A stretch of 64,000 nt of DNA from Balanoglossus misakiensis (lineage: Eukaryota > Animalia > Hemichordata): NCBI GenBank assembly GCA_040954595.2, contig CM082591.2, forward strand, positions 582,518 to 646,517, written 5' to 3'. Under the pieces are notes generated by a model. It was not told the origin of the DNA and made no database searches. It was given only the letters and a program-made list of their open reading frames with translations. The position numbers were made by a program, and so were the translations under genes. Below are positions 39,107-50,519 of this stretch, piece after piece (position 1 is the first letter of the stretch; every line of letters begins with the position of its first letter).

Positions 39107-41340
39107 AAGTAAACCAACCGAGGAATCGGGAACGCCCCCGAATTTTCCCGAACAGTAACCGACCTCCGTCAAAGTCGAGCATGGGACTTCAAAACAAGCT
39201 GAAAAAGAGCGAGTGTGTCGAACTGAATCTATCAGGCTACATCCAGACGTTTTCTTCCTGCAAGGCGAATTAATCTCAATTCTGCGAACAAGCGCCGATA
39301 ATTTGACGGATGGGTTCAGCAAGCGCTATATTAAGGTAGACACGTTCGCTGTAATTTCAACCGGGGTTACTTTCAACACACGCCTCCGTGACCCCTATCC
39401 AGTATTCTCCATCGTGCCGAGCGTGTGGTGTTGTATATTTAACTAAACGATCTTTCTTCGAGACATGTCACAAGTAATAAAATGAAAGACTCCAGGGAAA
39501 TATTTTCCACAAACACGTCTGGCACCATGTCGTAAAGTAATGTTCAGAATCTCTTGAGTTTGTGGAATTAATCGAGTTCCACAGGATAGATTGCCATCTG
39601 TGTTCTATATTTCGTCACTGCATGTCCACGATTCCCGGACAATGAATTATAAATAACTCACGAAACAAAATCTGAGGAATGGCGTGGTTGTGACAGTCTG
39701 ACTGTTTATTATCAGACTCTGAGGAGTGTTTGAAGTGACTTCTTTTTTTCTGGTTTGAGCTTTTTGGTGTATATCTGTGTATTCTATGCTCATACTCATT
39801 GCGTTTATGATTATTTTTATTTCTCTAATTATTAGATCGTCACCATGTACGCCCAGAATCCCTTAGTGATACTCGACCGGGACTGAAGTAAAGAAAAGAA
39901 CAACTCGTGTTTTTCAAGACTGACGCCAGGGAATACTTCCTGTAACAGGTATTTGAAATATTCTCGTATTAACACTGTGTGTGAAAGAGCGAAGACTTTT
40001 AACAGTCTTAATTTCCCTGACCCCTACGTGACCTAACATCTCGGCATTTTTGTTGATGAGTGCAGTGAAAGGCGGTCGCGACATGTTTTTGTGGATCGTT
40101 GTGTCATAAACTGTAGTTGCAGATCATGCATCGCTGTATCGCGTTGAGTAATGACAGCACACCCTTTTCCGGCTGCATCACGCATGCGTTAAAACAGTCA
40201 AAGAATCAAAGGCTTGAACCTCGGTGTAATTAAAATCTTCAAATCCCTTGACAACGCCAGAACGTGCCTTCACAACCGAACCCACGAATAACACACAAAA
40301 CCGACCAATGTGTATTCACCATTCCTGTAACCTTAAAACCTTGTTGTAAAATTAATCTCTTATTTAACTTAGAAGGAAATACTAGTAGTTATCAGTATCG
40401 GGAGAGAGAGAGTATGTTGTTTCTCATTTTCCAAAGTTTTCCCTGTGGTGCGCATATACATCATCAAAGTTATTAACCTTTACACTTTTGATAACATGAC
40501 CATTCCTAATGCCATTCATCCCAACTCGATGGATGAATATATCATATCTGCGTGGGCAACATGATATCCGGCACGTCATGATCTTGACCTGTCGATCATT
40601 TATTTAGAAACAATCCGGTGAAATTGAAGAAGTTCGAGCTGTAAAGGGCAGGGGATCACAAATGACTTCCTTGTTTTTGGAGATAATACACCGAGTCATA
40701 GCGTGCATTGACAGCGGACTTGGCCGCATGTGGACGTGTCCCATCCCTTCTATCTGCAGATCCATATATGTTTCATGCTTTAATTTCCGTTTACTGTGTC
40801 CGTCAGTTTAGGATGTTTGCGGTTTGTGTTCTTGCATTTGGTCGCGTTCAATGAGTAATTTAGGGACTGACTCTGTAATGATTGTGTATGGGCTAAGTAA
40901 ACTTGAAGTAACGGATAGTTCTCGGGTACAATGATATCGAACTTAATGGAAAAGTTTCTAAAGAAAGTGGTAAATATACTTAACATAGAAGCGAGGGTCT
41001 AATATCAAGAAAGAAAAGTAGAGCGTGAGTAAACTGTATCAAAACACACGCTGTGTTTTGCTTCAAGGCACGCGTATATGTTTGGCAGTTCATGTTTTAG
41101 CGAATGTGTATTTACAACCGTTAAATAAAAGATTATGAGACGTCAAATCATTGGTATTAGCTCTTTGAATCCAAATTAACCCATGCCAATATCCTTCGCT
41201 TGGATTGACTGTTCTATCAACGGCACGGTCGAAATGATTAAGAAATAACTCGATTTTGATTAAATGCCTATGCAATGGCCAATTTCAATTAAATAACACT
41301 AATTATATTTACAACCCACTGAGGTCCACCATTAAGTTAC

Positions 41341-41399
41341 CTCCCATGTAAACTGTACAGTCACGCGAGATCTCACAGGGTCTCGGAAAATGGTCTATT
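41341..41399 (+). mobile_element. Dispersed repeat end (MITE-like), copy 1
   Basis: CTCCCAT...ATCTC...GGTCTCG...GAAAATGGTCTATT, aligning by eye with 57420-57487. Confidence 0.5.
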
Positions 41400-43270
41400 G
41401 CCTGTGACAGGTGTACGTTCTGTAATGAGAATCCTGATGTTTGGAATATCAATCATTGAAACACAGTTAATTAATTACCACGTCATACACGACACTCTTG
41501 AAAATTCACCAGCTAATAGGCCTAAAGTATCATTTTGAGCGAACTCTCGCGAGATTCTATCCCGGCAACATTGAGGTCATCTCCTAGGCAACGGTGACTG
41601 GGGATTCCTTGAAATTGGGAAATGATTTCGAGCTGTCGTGTAATTGAAAACGGAAACAAAGCTATAAATCATACCTCGGTATATGAAATAGAGAACCCGA
41701 AGCGATTTGGCGCATTATATTATAAATCACATGTCATTTCAGTTTGGACAGTCTCTCAGTATTACCGCGAAAAGTTTCTCAATATTACTCAATATTGTTT
41801 CATTATTTAAGAATATAAGTTCGAATCATCACTAAAATATTAAGTAGGCATTAAACATTAAGGGACATTGCAATTTTGCAACTACATGTACACGACATGC
41901 TTTGTTCCACCCTGTCTGTCAGTCTGTAAAATTCTGCCTACAGCACACCAGCAACAGTTTACATTATTTATCAATTGTCATCGTTACTATGGAAACCACA
42001 TACGGACCGTTGCTCTAAATCTCATCCGAGTCGATGTTATTGAAACCTGTTGAGTGTAACGATTGAATGATGCGCAACACTTGCCATCAACACGTGTAAA
42101 GGGGTAGGTGATAAAACCTTTAAAATCCACTGTGCATTTAACAGGTGGTACTTTAATACGACTACACTGTCCGTTACTAGAACACTGATCTTCAATCGTC
42201 AAATATAGGTTATGTTCATCGTTTTGTTGAGGACTTCTGGACTTCTGGAGTACAGATCAGATTAATATTGCGCAACCAAACTATTAACAAAAACCTGCAA
42301 ACTCATGATGCTGACCAAACCTCAAGAGGTATACCGGTAGCAATAAATCTGACTGATTTTATTTCATTTTTGATACGATAATATACTTTAAATTACGTGG
42401 GTGTTACCCATACAGTAGCATAGTCTTTCTCTATGGCACATAATCATGTGTTTATGAGTTTGAGATGATCTTCGGAGTCGGTGATTGTCATTCCCTAACG
42501 CCCATCTGTCTAAATGAAAATCCTGAAGCAGCACAGAGGAAAGGGAGGTGTGTTTGATCAAATAAAATATGAATAATAACTGCCATTACAATGATGCTTT
42601 TCGCGCAGGTAATTATTCGCTTCTCAAGGAGAGCGAATTTCCTATTACCCGTCTAAGAGTACTTGGCGCTGAGAATGAATCATTAATTTAATTATCGTGA
42701 GAGCGATACAAGGTGAATTTCAATCGAAACGAGCCACTTTATCACAGAAGAGGGTTGAACGTTAATAATGAAGGTTCATATAGGATTCACCTTTAGTTCA
42801 CATTAGGTTTCAACACTTTGCAATACGCCCTATAATATAGCTGAGAAAGATAACGTACATGGTGTTGCCCGTATTGTATTCCATTTACTGTCTGTTCCCG
42901 GTGTGGAGATACCGCCACTCAATAAACATTCCCTGAATACAGGTTTCATATTTGTGAAAATAATTCTAAACCACTCGCTATGTATTAACCGCATTAAACG
43001 ATCTTCAAAATCATCGAAGCGAAGAAATTCTTTAAGAGCCACTTACGTTCAGGAGGACAACAGCGTTTTCATTCCCATCACCTCGTGTCCAGCTGTGACC
43101 AAAATGTGGAAATGGACCATTGTTATAATCAATACAGTACCAGAAATTTAATAGATGGCCTTGAACAGCGTGAGGAGAATGTGAAATTTAATTGCTGCAG
43201 TACATAAGAAGTTGATTGGAAAGATTTATATTCCGAAAAGTACTCAACCCCTACCTGAAATCACCACTAG

Positions 43271-43430
43271 TTTTTAGTTTCCGTCCATTCATCCATCCAT
43301 CCGTCCGTCCGTCAGTCCAACCATCCGTCCGTCAGTCAGTCAGGCCGTCCGTCCATCAGTCCACCCATCCGTCCATCCACAAACAACCCACAAACCCAGC
43401 CACCCACCTATCTATCTACCCGACCGCCCG
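43271..43430 (+). repeat. (CCGT/CCAT)n degenerate tetranucleotide array, possibly a Helentron/DINE-type relic
   Basis: TTTTTAG followed by about 30 degenerate CCGT/CCAT/CAGT units. Confidence 0.6.
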
Positions 43431-45994
43431 TGGGGAAAGATTTTTAGCGTCACTGTAATAAACTGGAACAGAAAAAAATTGCTCGTTCTTAGCGGCAGCT
43501 CTTAAATTGCTTAAGCTCCGGGGAAACCATGCAATTACAGTTTCTCTTAAAATCACATGATGACTTTGGCATTTACCGGGCGATAATCAAGTAGCTGATG
43601 AACCTCTAGTCCCGTAAGTAACGAAACATAATATCGCAGACTACAAAAAGTGATACCATTTTAACCAATCAGCATGGCCGTTACAGTTGAATATCTATCA
43701 CAAACCCATTTATTGCATATCGTTAACAAGCAATATGAACCTCCATTTTGTCGGCACGTTCTGACCGTGAGGTCTATTCCATCCTCGGCTTGTGGTTTAT
43801 TATGTCAGTAAAGAACCTTTACTACAAGTCAGATGTTTCCTTTTAACCAGTTTAATCTTTCGCCACGTTTTGAATGTTTACTTAGCCGAGCTTATATTAG
43901 CAAGCAGTACTTGAATATTTTCTTTAAGTGTAAACGATGACGTGACATACGAACTATCAGTTGCATAAATTGATTCATGACTATCCGTTGTGTGTCGTTT
44001 GTGTAGTGATAGAAACAAATGCAGCTACTGCAGCTGACAGTTCAAAGATATAAAATTTCGCAACCGCTTCCATCGTAAAATACAATCATGGCTAATCTGT
44101 CTTTACCAGAGTACCATAGCGTTCAAGAACTTTTCAATAAATTATAGTTTGATTGTACACCAAGGTTATTTAGAATTATGAGAGTAAGTCATTAAACCGA
44201 AAGTAAAATTGATTGTTTTCCTTAATCTAATTCAGTGTTTTTTGCAAGTTCTGTCCAAGGATAACATAAAGGTGTATCTTGTTAACATGTTGAAGTTTCC
44301 GTCAAACGTTTATCTTGTCTCATTTTGATTCCCGATAGGCTGTGTATAGATTCATGAATACTACAAGACCCTGACCTCACGACAATGCTCATTTGCAAAC
44401 TAAACATTTCGAACGGGGGTTACATGAGGTAGCACACGTCAAAAGCAAGTAATCAGCTAATGGAATTCGCCAAGTTTGCAATATCGACTCACATATTTTA
44501 ACCCTGTCAGATATGTTACGTTTTCTGACCCTCGAAGCGACGAAGGTTTCTAATCATGTTGGTCCATTAAGTGCCTTCATAAAATGTTAATGTATAGCTT
44601 AAGCTCTAAACAACGTGCAATGATAAAAAAACTCTTCAAATAGTGGTGATATATTTTATTTGATGCTGTAGAATCCCCCGTGACCTTTGACCTGGTAAGC
44701 CTCAGCACTTCAGTGGTCCACAGATAGGCTTCAGTGTACAAATGTACACGACTGTTGCATAATTATCACACTACATGTAGTATTATAGCTGCCAAAACTC
44801 TGAAATGAAACGGAGGTGTTTGTAATATAACCAAAGCGTAAACTATAAAATTATTTTCGCCCAGGTGGTTTTCATATTGCTTATAGAAGCCTCTGAGGCG
44901 TCACATATTTTGTTTTAATAAAAAATAGCTGAAGCCTCTTAGTAATATTTCTGACACCATTTTTTCACAAAAAACACAAGCGTGCATTTAGCTAATGGTT
45001 TTTCAGTGCACAGGACCAACCTCAGGCTTCAGTCGCGCACAAAATGTCGACAGATAAAAAAATCAAATCGGATAAATTTTTTAAGACATGATAGCGTACA
45101 CTGAGAACAGCTTATCTTAGTACCTGATTCATATTCCGCTCGTGTATTCTGTATTCTTTAAAACTTTCACTTTCACATTAATGATGAAGTAGCAGAGACT
45201 GTTAATGGATACATGATTTGATTTGAGAACCGCCATTTCTCAAATTTATAACATATCAGTTTTCCAAGTGTCTGTCAATCTCTATAATTATCTTCTGCTC
45301 AAAATTGAATCGTCGAGTTTCTTGAAAACAAGACAGATACAGGATGTCGACATAGTTTTCAATTTGTTTTGAATATCTAATTAGTTATGTCTAAATAAAC
45401 ATAATCTATGACTGAAACATATTAACTCACAGAGACGTGTCTTTCGGCGATAGACGGTGACAATAAGCGACAAAGGTACACGTGTACGCGATTAATTGCT
45501 GTGCGTGAAATAATATATACTCACTGAAATCAATTAATGTTGTAATTAATTTTGTAATTGCCTTGAAGAAGTAAATTTACATTAGCATTGTTGAAGACAA
45601 TTATTTGCTCGTATAATTGTAATACGTACTCCACCCATCAATTAAATCAACAGCGATTAACAGAACCACTCCAGGCTATTTTCTGAAAATACAATGACGT
45701 CATTTAAAAAAAAGTAATTTGAAGTTTAATTGTAAGTGTAGTTATACAAGCGACAGGGGTGTGATATGAAAAACACGAGTTCCTGCACTGACAATGCACT
45801 CGGGAATATAACAAGATATTATTTTATGCAAATTAGAAGGTTTCCGATGAAGATAAATATGGTTGGCACCGTGAGGGAATGATACTGACCTTTGACCCAA
45901 CACTCTCAGAGAAGTTTACCATCTTAAAATTCGACTCCAGTCTCCCAGTAAGTTTATCAGTACTAAAGGCCATATAATCTCACTCGAAAACCAA

Positions 45995-47953
45995 TTGATA
46001 TTAATACCGGCATATTATATTCCTGTTGAAGCACTGGCATGTACTGATCCAGACTGCTGTATACATTCAGAGTCGATTGACACTTTTTACAATGATATTA
46101 TTTCTGTACTATTAACCGCAGCGGATAGGACTCTTCCTAAAATTACACACTCAAATAAGCATGCAATTCCTGGTTGGAATGCTCTAGTCAAAGATTATTA
46201 TGACAAAGCTCGCACTGATTTTTTAATCTGGAAGGATAATGGCTCCCCTAAATTTGGTCCCTTCTTTGAACTTATGCGCAGGTCCAGAGCTCAATTTAAA
46301 AGGCAGTTAGCAAATTGTAAGAAGGCAGAAAAAGAAATGCGCGCAAATGCCCTGGCTGTAAAATTAAAGAAAGACTCCAAGGCGTACTGGAAAGATGTCA
46401 GTAAACGGAAAGGTAGATCAATATCTCCATCATCTATTGATGGTCATTCGGGTGATGTTGAAGTGGTTAATATGTGGAAAGACCATTACGAGAATATTTT
46501 GACAAAAACTGGAAAAGAATCCGCACCTGATTTTATGAACATTGAGTACTGTGATGACATGATTGTACACCATGAAGAAATTTGTGAATTAATTAAGAAC
46601 CTTAAGACAGGTGCATCGTCGGGTATCGACATGGTGTCACCTGAGCACCTGAAGTATGCGCCATACAGAGTCAGTGTTCTACTTTCCCTCTGTTTCACGG
46701 CTATGTTAATTCATGGCATTGTTCCCAAACAATTGATGACTACGGCTTTGGTTCCCATTCCAAAAAACCCAGGTGGTGACATTTGTGACAAATCTAACTA
46801 CCGTCCTGTTGCTGTTGCAACAACGACATCTAAACTGTTAGAGAGAGTTTGGTTAAATCGCTGCATGGATTGTCTAACGACTAGCGAGCACCAGTTTGGA
46901 TTTAAACCAGGCCATGGTACCGATATGTCAATTTTTGTTCTTAAAGAAATTTTGAATTATTACAAGCGTTGTAACACTCCTGTTTTTGTCACTTTTATGG
47001 ATGCATCCAAAGCTTTTGATTATGTTCGTCACGATATTCTCTTTGTAAAACTTTTGGCGAGGGGTGTCAATCCTTATCTCATTAAGATTTTGTCATACAT
47101 GTATAGGCACCAAGATTTTGTGGTGAGATGGAATGGGTTGTTATCTAAACCTTTTCACTCAAAGAATGGGGTTAAACAGGGGGGAATTACGTCACCTATA
47201 TTTTTCACAGTCTACTTGGATGATATCAGCAAAAATCTTTCCGCTCTTCCGTATGGCTGCCTTGTAGGGGACTATAAGGTTAATCATTTAATTTACGCCG
47301 ATGATTTGGTTATTATATCTACTGGAGCCTATGGCCAGCAGATGCTTGTTGATACTTGTGGTCATTATGGCAGCATTAACTCAATTTTCTTCAATGAGAA
47401 AAAAACAGTCTGTATGTTAATTCAGCCAAGTATGCGCAGGCTCAGACACGTTCCAATTTATCTGAACGGCCGAATGCTGAATTATGTCAATGTTTATAAA
47501 TATCTTGGTCACCTTATCACTTGTGACCTTAGGGATAATGAGGACATTCTAGCTCAAACGCGACAATTTTATGTTCGCGGTAATGCGATTATTCGTGATT
47601 TTAAATTTGCGTCTATCTCTGTTAAATGTCATTTGTTTTCTGTATTTTGTGATATCCCGTATTGCTCTTACTTATGGAGTGCTTTTTCTGTGTGTATTTT
47701 TAATGCAGTTAGGAGAGCTTACTCCCAGGTTTTCCGTAAATTGTCTGGTTTTAAACATTCTTTTATTCAGAGCAACAGTGCGATGTTTGTTAATCTTTCC
47801 ATTTTAACTTTTGATGAAATACTCCGGAAAAAATCACTAAGCTTTTTAAGCAGACTCCACCTCTCAAGTAATCCACTTGTAGCCAGTGTTTTATCACTAT
47901 CAGTGTTCTCAAATAGTGGACTTTGGAAGGTTTGGAGTAGACGATTGTTTTGA
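45995..47953 (+). CDS. LINE reverse transcriptase ORF fragment (no endonuclease domain, no ATG at the 5' end)
   Basis: Motifs NYRPVAV, QFGF, FMDASKAFD, GVKQGGITSP, YADD and KYLG in an uninterrupted 652-codon frame. Confidence 0.9.
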   Translation: MILIPAYYIPVEALACTDPDCCIHSESIDTFYNDIISVLLTAADRTLPKITHSNKHAIPGWNALVKDYYDKARTDFLIWKDNGSPKFGPFFELMRRSRAQFKRQLANCKKAEKEMRANALAVKLKKDSKAYWKDVSKRKGRSISPSSIDGHSGDVEVVNMWKDHYENILTKTGKESAPDFMNIEYCDDMIVHHEEICELIKNLKTGASSGIDMVSPEHLKYAPYRVSVLLSLCFTAMLIHGIVPKQLMTTALVPIPKNPGGDICDKSNYRPVAVATTTSKLLERVWLNRCMDCLTTSEHQFGFKPGHGTDMSIFVLKEILNYYKRCNTPVFVTFMDASKAFDYVRHDILFVKLLARGVNPYLIKILSYMYRHQDFVVRWNGLLSKPFHSKNGVKQGGITSPIFFTVYLDDISKNLSALPYGCLVGDYKVNHLIYADDLVIISTGAYGQQMLVDTCGHYGSINSIFFNEKKTVCMLIQPSMRRLRHVPIYLNGRMLNYVNVYKYLGHLITCDLRDNEDILAQTRQFYVRGNAIIRDFKFASISVKCHLFSVFCDIPYCSYLWSAFSVCIFNAVRRAYSQVFRKLSGFKHSFIQSNSAMFVNLSILTFDEILRKKSLSFLSRLHLSSNPLVASVLSLSVFSNSGLWKVWSRRLF

Positions 47954-48034
47954 TGTTTTTATGGTGTTTCGTTTTGCTATGGATTATTTTATAATCTGAA
48001 ATAAAGATGAAATAAATAAATAAATAAATATTAA
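45998..48034 (+). mobile_element. 5'-truncated non-LTR retrotransposon (LINE; clade unresolved, RTE-X/L2-like)
   Basis: RT ORF, short 3' UTR, AATAAA and (AAAT)n tail at about 48010-48029. Candidate 7-bp TSD ATATTAA at 45998-46004 and 48028-48034. Confidence 0.9.
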
Positions 48035-49307
48035 GTAACGATGAGAATGAAAACGACTTCATTACGTCAGATAGAGCAGATATCACTTCACTGCGGACGA
48101 GGTCTTTTGTTGATGAGCTTAGTCACTTAAAGTAATTGATTTTACTTAAAGTGTAATCTCATAATATTAGAATTTGGACGTGGAAATATCCACCGAATTG
48201 CAGATTATTGTAGAACAATGTAGCCGTCACTGACTCCGAAGTTGTGTCGCACTCACGTTTCCGAAGTGGTCTCGTCCTCAGACTATAAACTGTAAAATAA
48301 TACTAGACGCTACCCTACCCGCTGCAAGAATGTTTTAGGCCCACGGAGAATAGACGCGAATTGCTAAACAACGCCTTAATCATCGCAGTCAGATCAAACC
48401 ACGAGTCTGTCGGTCGTGTATGTGTTACGGTGTTTTGAATCAGAAAAGCTTAGAAAAGTGGCAGAGAACGTGAACGCTCGAATTATTGAAGTCAGATCTC
48501 GTAACAATGGACTGATAGGCCTATAGAAATAACCTTGTAGGAAAATCAAGAGGTAATGTATGATCCGCTTGCTATCAGATTAGCCTTCGTCTTTCATACG
48601 CATTTGTGGCTTAACCGAACACATTGCATTACTTGTTGCAGTCATTGAGCAATCGATGTTAAATGTTATTGTTTTCAAAGTAATATCATTTAAAAACCAA
48701 TTAACTTGAAATGACATGGCTAACAATGGAGGCGGATCATTTTTGCAGGCACCAGAATGCACATATCGATCGACAGCTGCTCTGTTTTCCATTTCACCCC
48801 GCGGGGAAAAATGTACTCATAGTCTAGTCGGTGTGTGGATGTCAGTACGGAGTGCGAACGTCTAGCTCCGCGCAGAGAAGTCTGATCATGTTTTATTTGT
48901 TGGGAACCACTTCGTTTTGATAACTTGTCAACGTCACCACAAGTCTTATGATCGATTGAAAGGTGTCAGAAAGCATCCCGTGGTAGACACACTCCATATG
49001 TGTTATCTATGACAGTTACTAAGGCCCCCTCATCGACAACATTGAACTGGGTAAACGGTCCAACTTGGTGTGTGTGGCCTGGTACAGCCGTTGGCGATTT
49101 CTACGTCAAGCCCACTCTCCCTGCAAATATCTCTTTGGAAAGGACTCCTTAGAAGAATTTAATTCGACAACTTATAGAAAATACCAAGGGTAACATGAAC
49201 CTCATTATTTTGATCCTTTGATAAAATCGTGAGTCTGTGTTGTACAAGCGTGGACGCAATCGTATGTAGTTAGCATTCTAAAGTTTGGACAAGGTTTGGA
49301 CTGTATT

Positions 49308-50519
49308 ATGGCCAATTCTACCAGTGTTGCTGTGACTCTGTTTAATGAGACTACAACAGTTGCGAATGACACCGCTGACGAAGAAGACTTCTATGCCAAT
49401 AGACTACCAGTCGTCATCATTCTGAGTCTCATTACAATCTGCACGATATTCGGCAACACTTTGACTATCGTCGCTTTCGGCTTGGACAGAAATCTTCGGA
49501 ACAACTTCGGGAACTGGTTCATCGTGAACCTGTCCATTGCAGACCTGTTAGTCGGACTGGTGTCTTTGCCACTGGACGTCGCCGCCTACAGCTATGGCTA
49601 TTGGCCGTTCGGGATGTCTGTCTGTCGATTCTGGTCCACGATTGACTACATCGCCACCATCGAATCTGTGTGCGCCATTTTACTGATCACCATTGACCGG
49701 TATCTTTTGCTGACAATCGAGGTGCGTCACGTGACGACGCAGACGGCAAAACGTGTGTTTGGTCAGTGTATTGGTTCTTGGGTGTTGACTTCTGTCCTAA
49801 TTCTTACCCTTGTTTTGGGTTACCCTGCGTGGACCAATCGATCATATTTCGACTACAATGAGACATGTGATGTAGAATTTCTCTACAATACAGGGTGGAC
49901 GGTGGCCTTCGTCACCATCACATTCGTCATCCCTTTGTTGACTCTAATCATTCTTAACGGCTCGATCTACTACCGCATCCGAAAGCGCGCAAAAACTGTC
50001 GTCCCAGATGATCCGACGAAACAGTTTTACAAAGATGTCGTCAAAACCCAAGTTGCAATTGTCAAGATGAACGCCTCGCGTGCGAACGACATGATGAGCG
50101 ACGACAACCGACATATCAACGCATCGCAGTTCGATGTCCAACCCGTGGACAGTGGGTCCGTCTCTTCGTCCAGCCACCAAGGCCGAAATGGACCGGTCAG
50201 CACAGCAAACACTGGCGAACCGAGAGAGCAACGCCCGCCCCCAACGTACAACACTCAACGACAAAAACGCCACAGAAAAGCTGCCAAAACTCTCGCTGTT
50301 CTCGTCTGTGTCTTTTTCTTCTGTTGGGCGCCACACAACTTGGCGGTCGTTGTCGACCAACTCTGCTCTGAATATTGCGTCACGGACACAGCTTGGAGTG
50401 TAGTCAGCTATTTAATGTGGGTCAATTCTACTCTTAACCCAATCCTGTATGGTCTGTTTCATCCTGGTTTCAGACAAAACTTTAAGAAAATTCTTTCATG
50501 CAAGTGCGTCAGAAGATAA
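49308..50519 (+). CDS. Class A aminergic GPCR, H3/H4-like paralog (GPCR-2), single coding exon, 403 aa
   Basis: ATG at 49308 (MANSTS...). Motifs GN, LSIAD, D3.32 in STIDYIAT, DRY, CDVEF (ECL2), TFVIP, CWAPH, LMWVNSTLNPILY. Confidence 0.92.
   Translation: MANSTSVAVTLFNETTTVANDTADEEDFYANRLPVVIILSLITICTIFGNTLTIVAFGLDRNLRNNFGNWFIVNLSIADLLVGLVSLPLDVAAYSYGYWPFGMSVCRFWSTIDYIATIESVCAILLITIDRYLLLTIEVRHVTTQTAKRVFGQCIGSWVLTSVLILTLVLGYPAWTNRSYFDYNETCDVEFLYNTGWTVAFVTITFVIPLLTLIILNGSIYYRIRKRAKTVVPDDPTKQFYKDVVKTQVAIVKMNASRANDMMSDDNRHINASQFDVQPVDSGSVSSSSHQGRNGPVSTANTGEPREQRPPPTYNTQRQKRHRKAAKTLAVLVCVFFFCWAPHNLAVVVDQLCSEYCVTDTAWSVVSYLMWVNSTLNPILYGLFHPGFRQNFKKILSCKCVRR

Noticed and set aside
49296-49307. ORF-track start MDCI for GPCR-2
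   Set aside because: Begins at TTG; the first ATG is at 49308.
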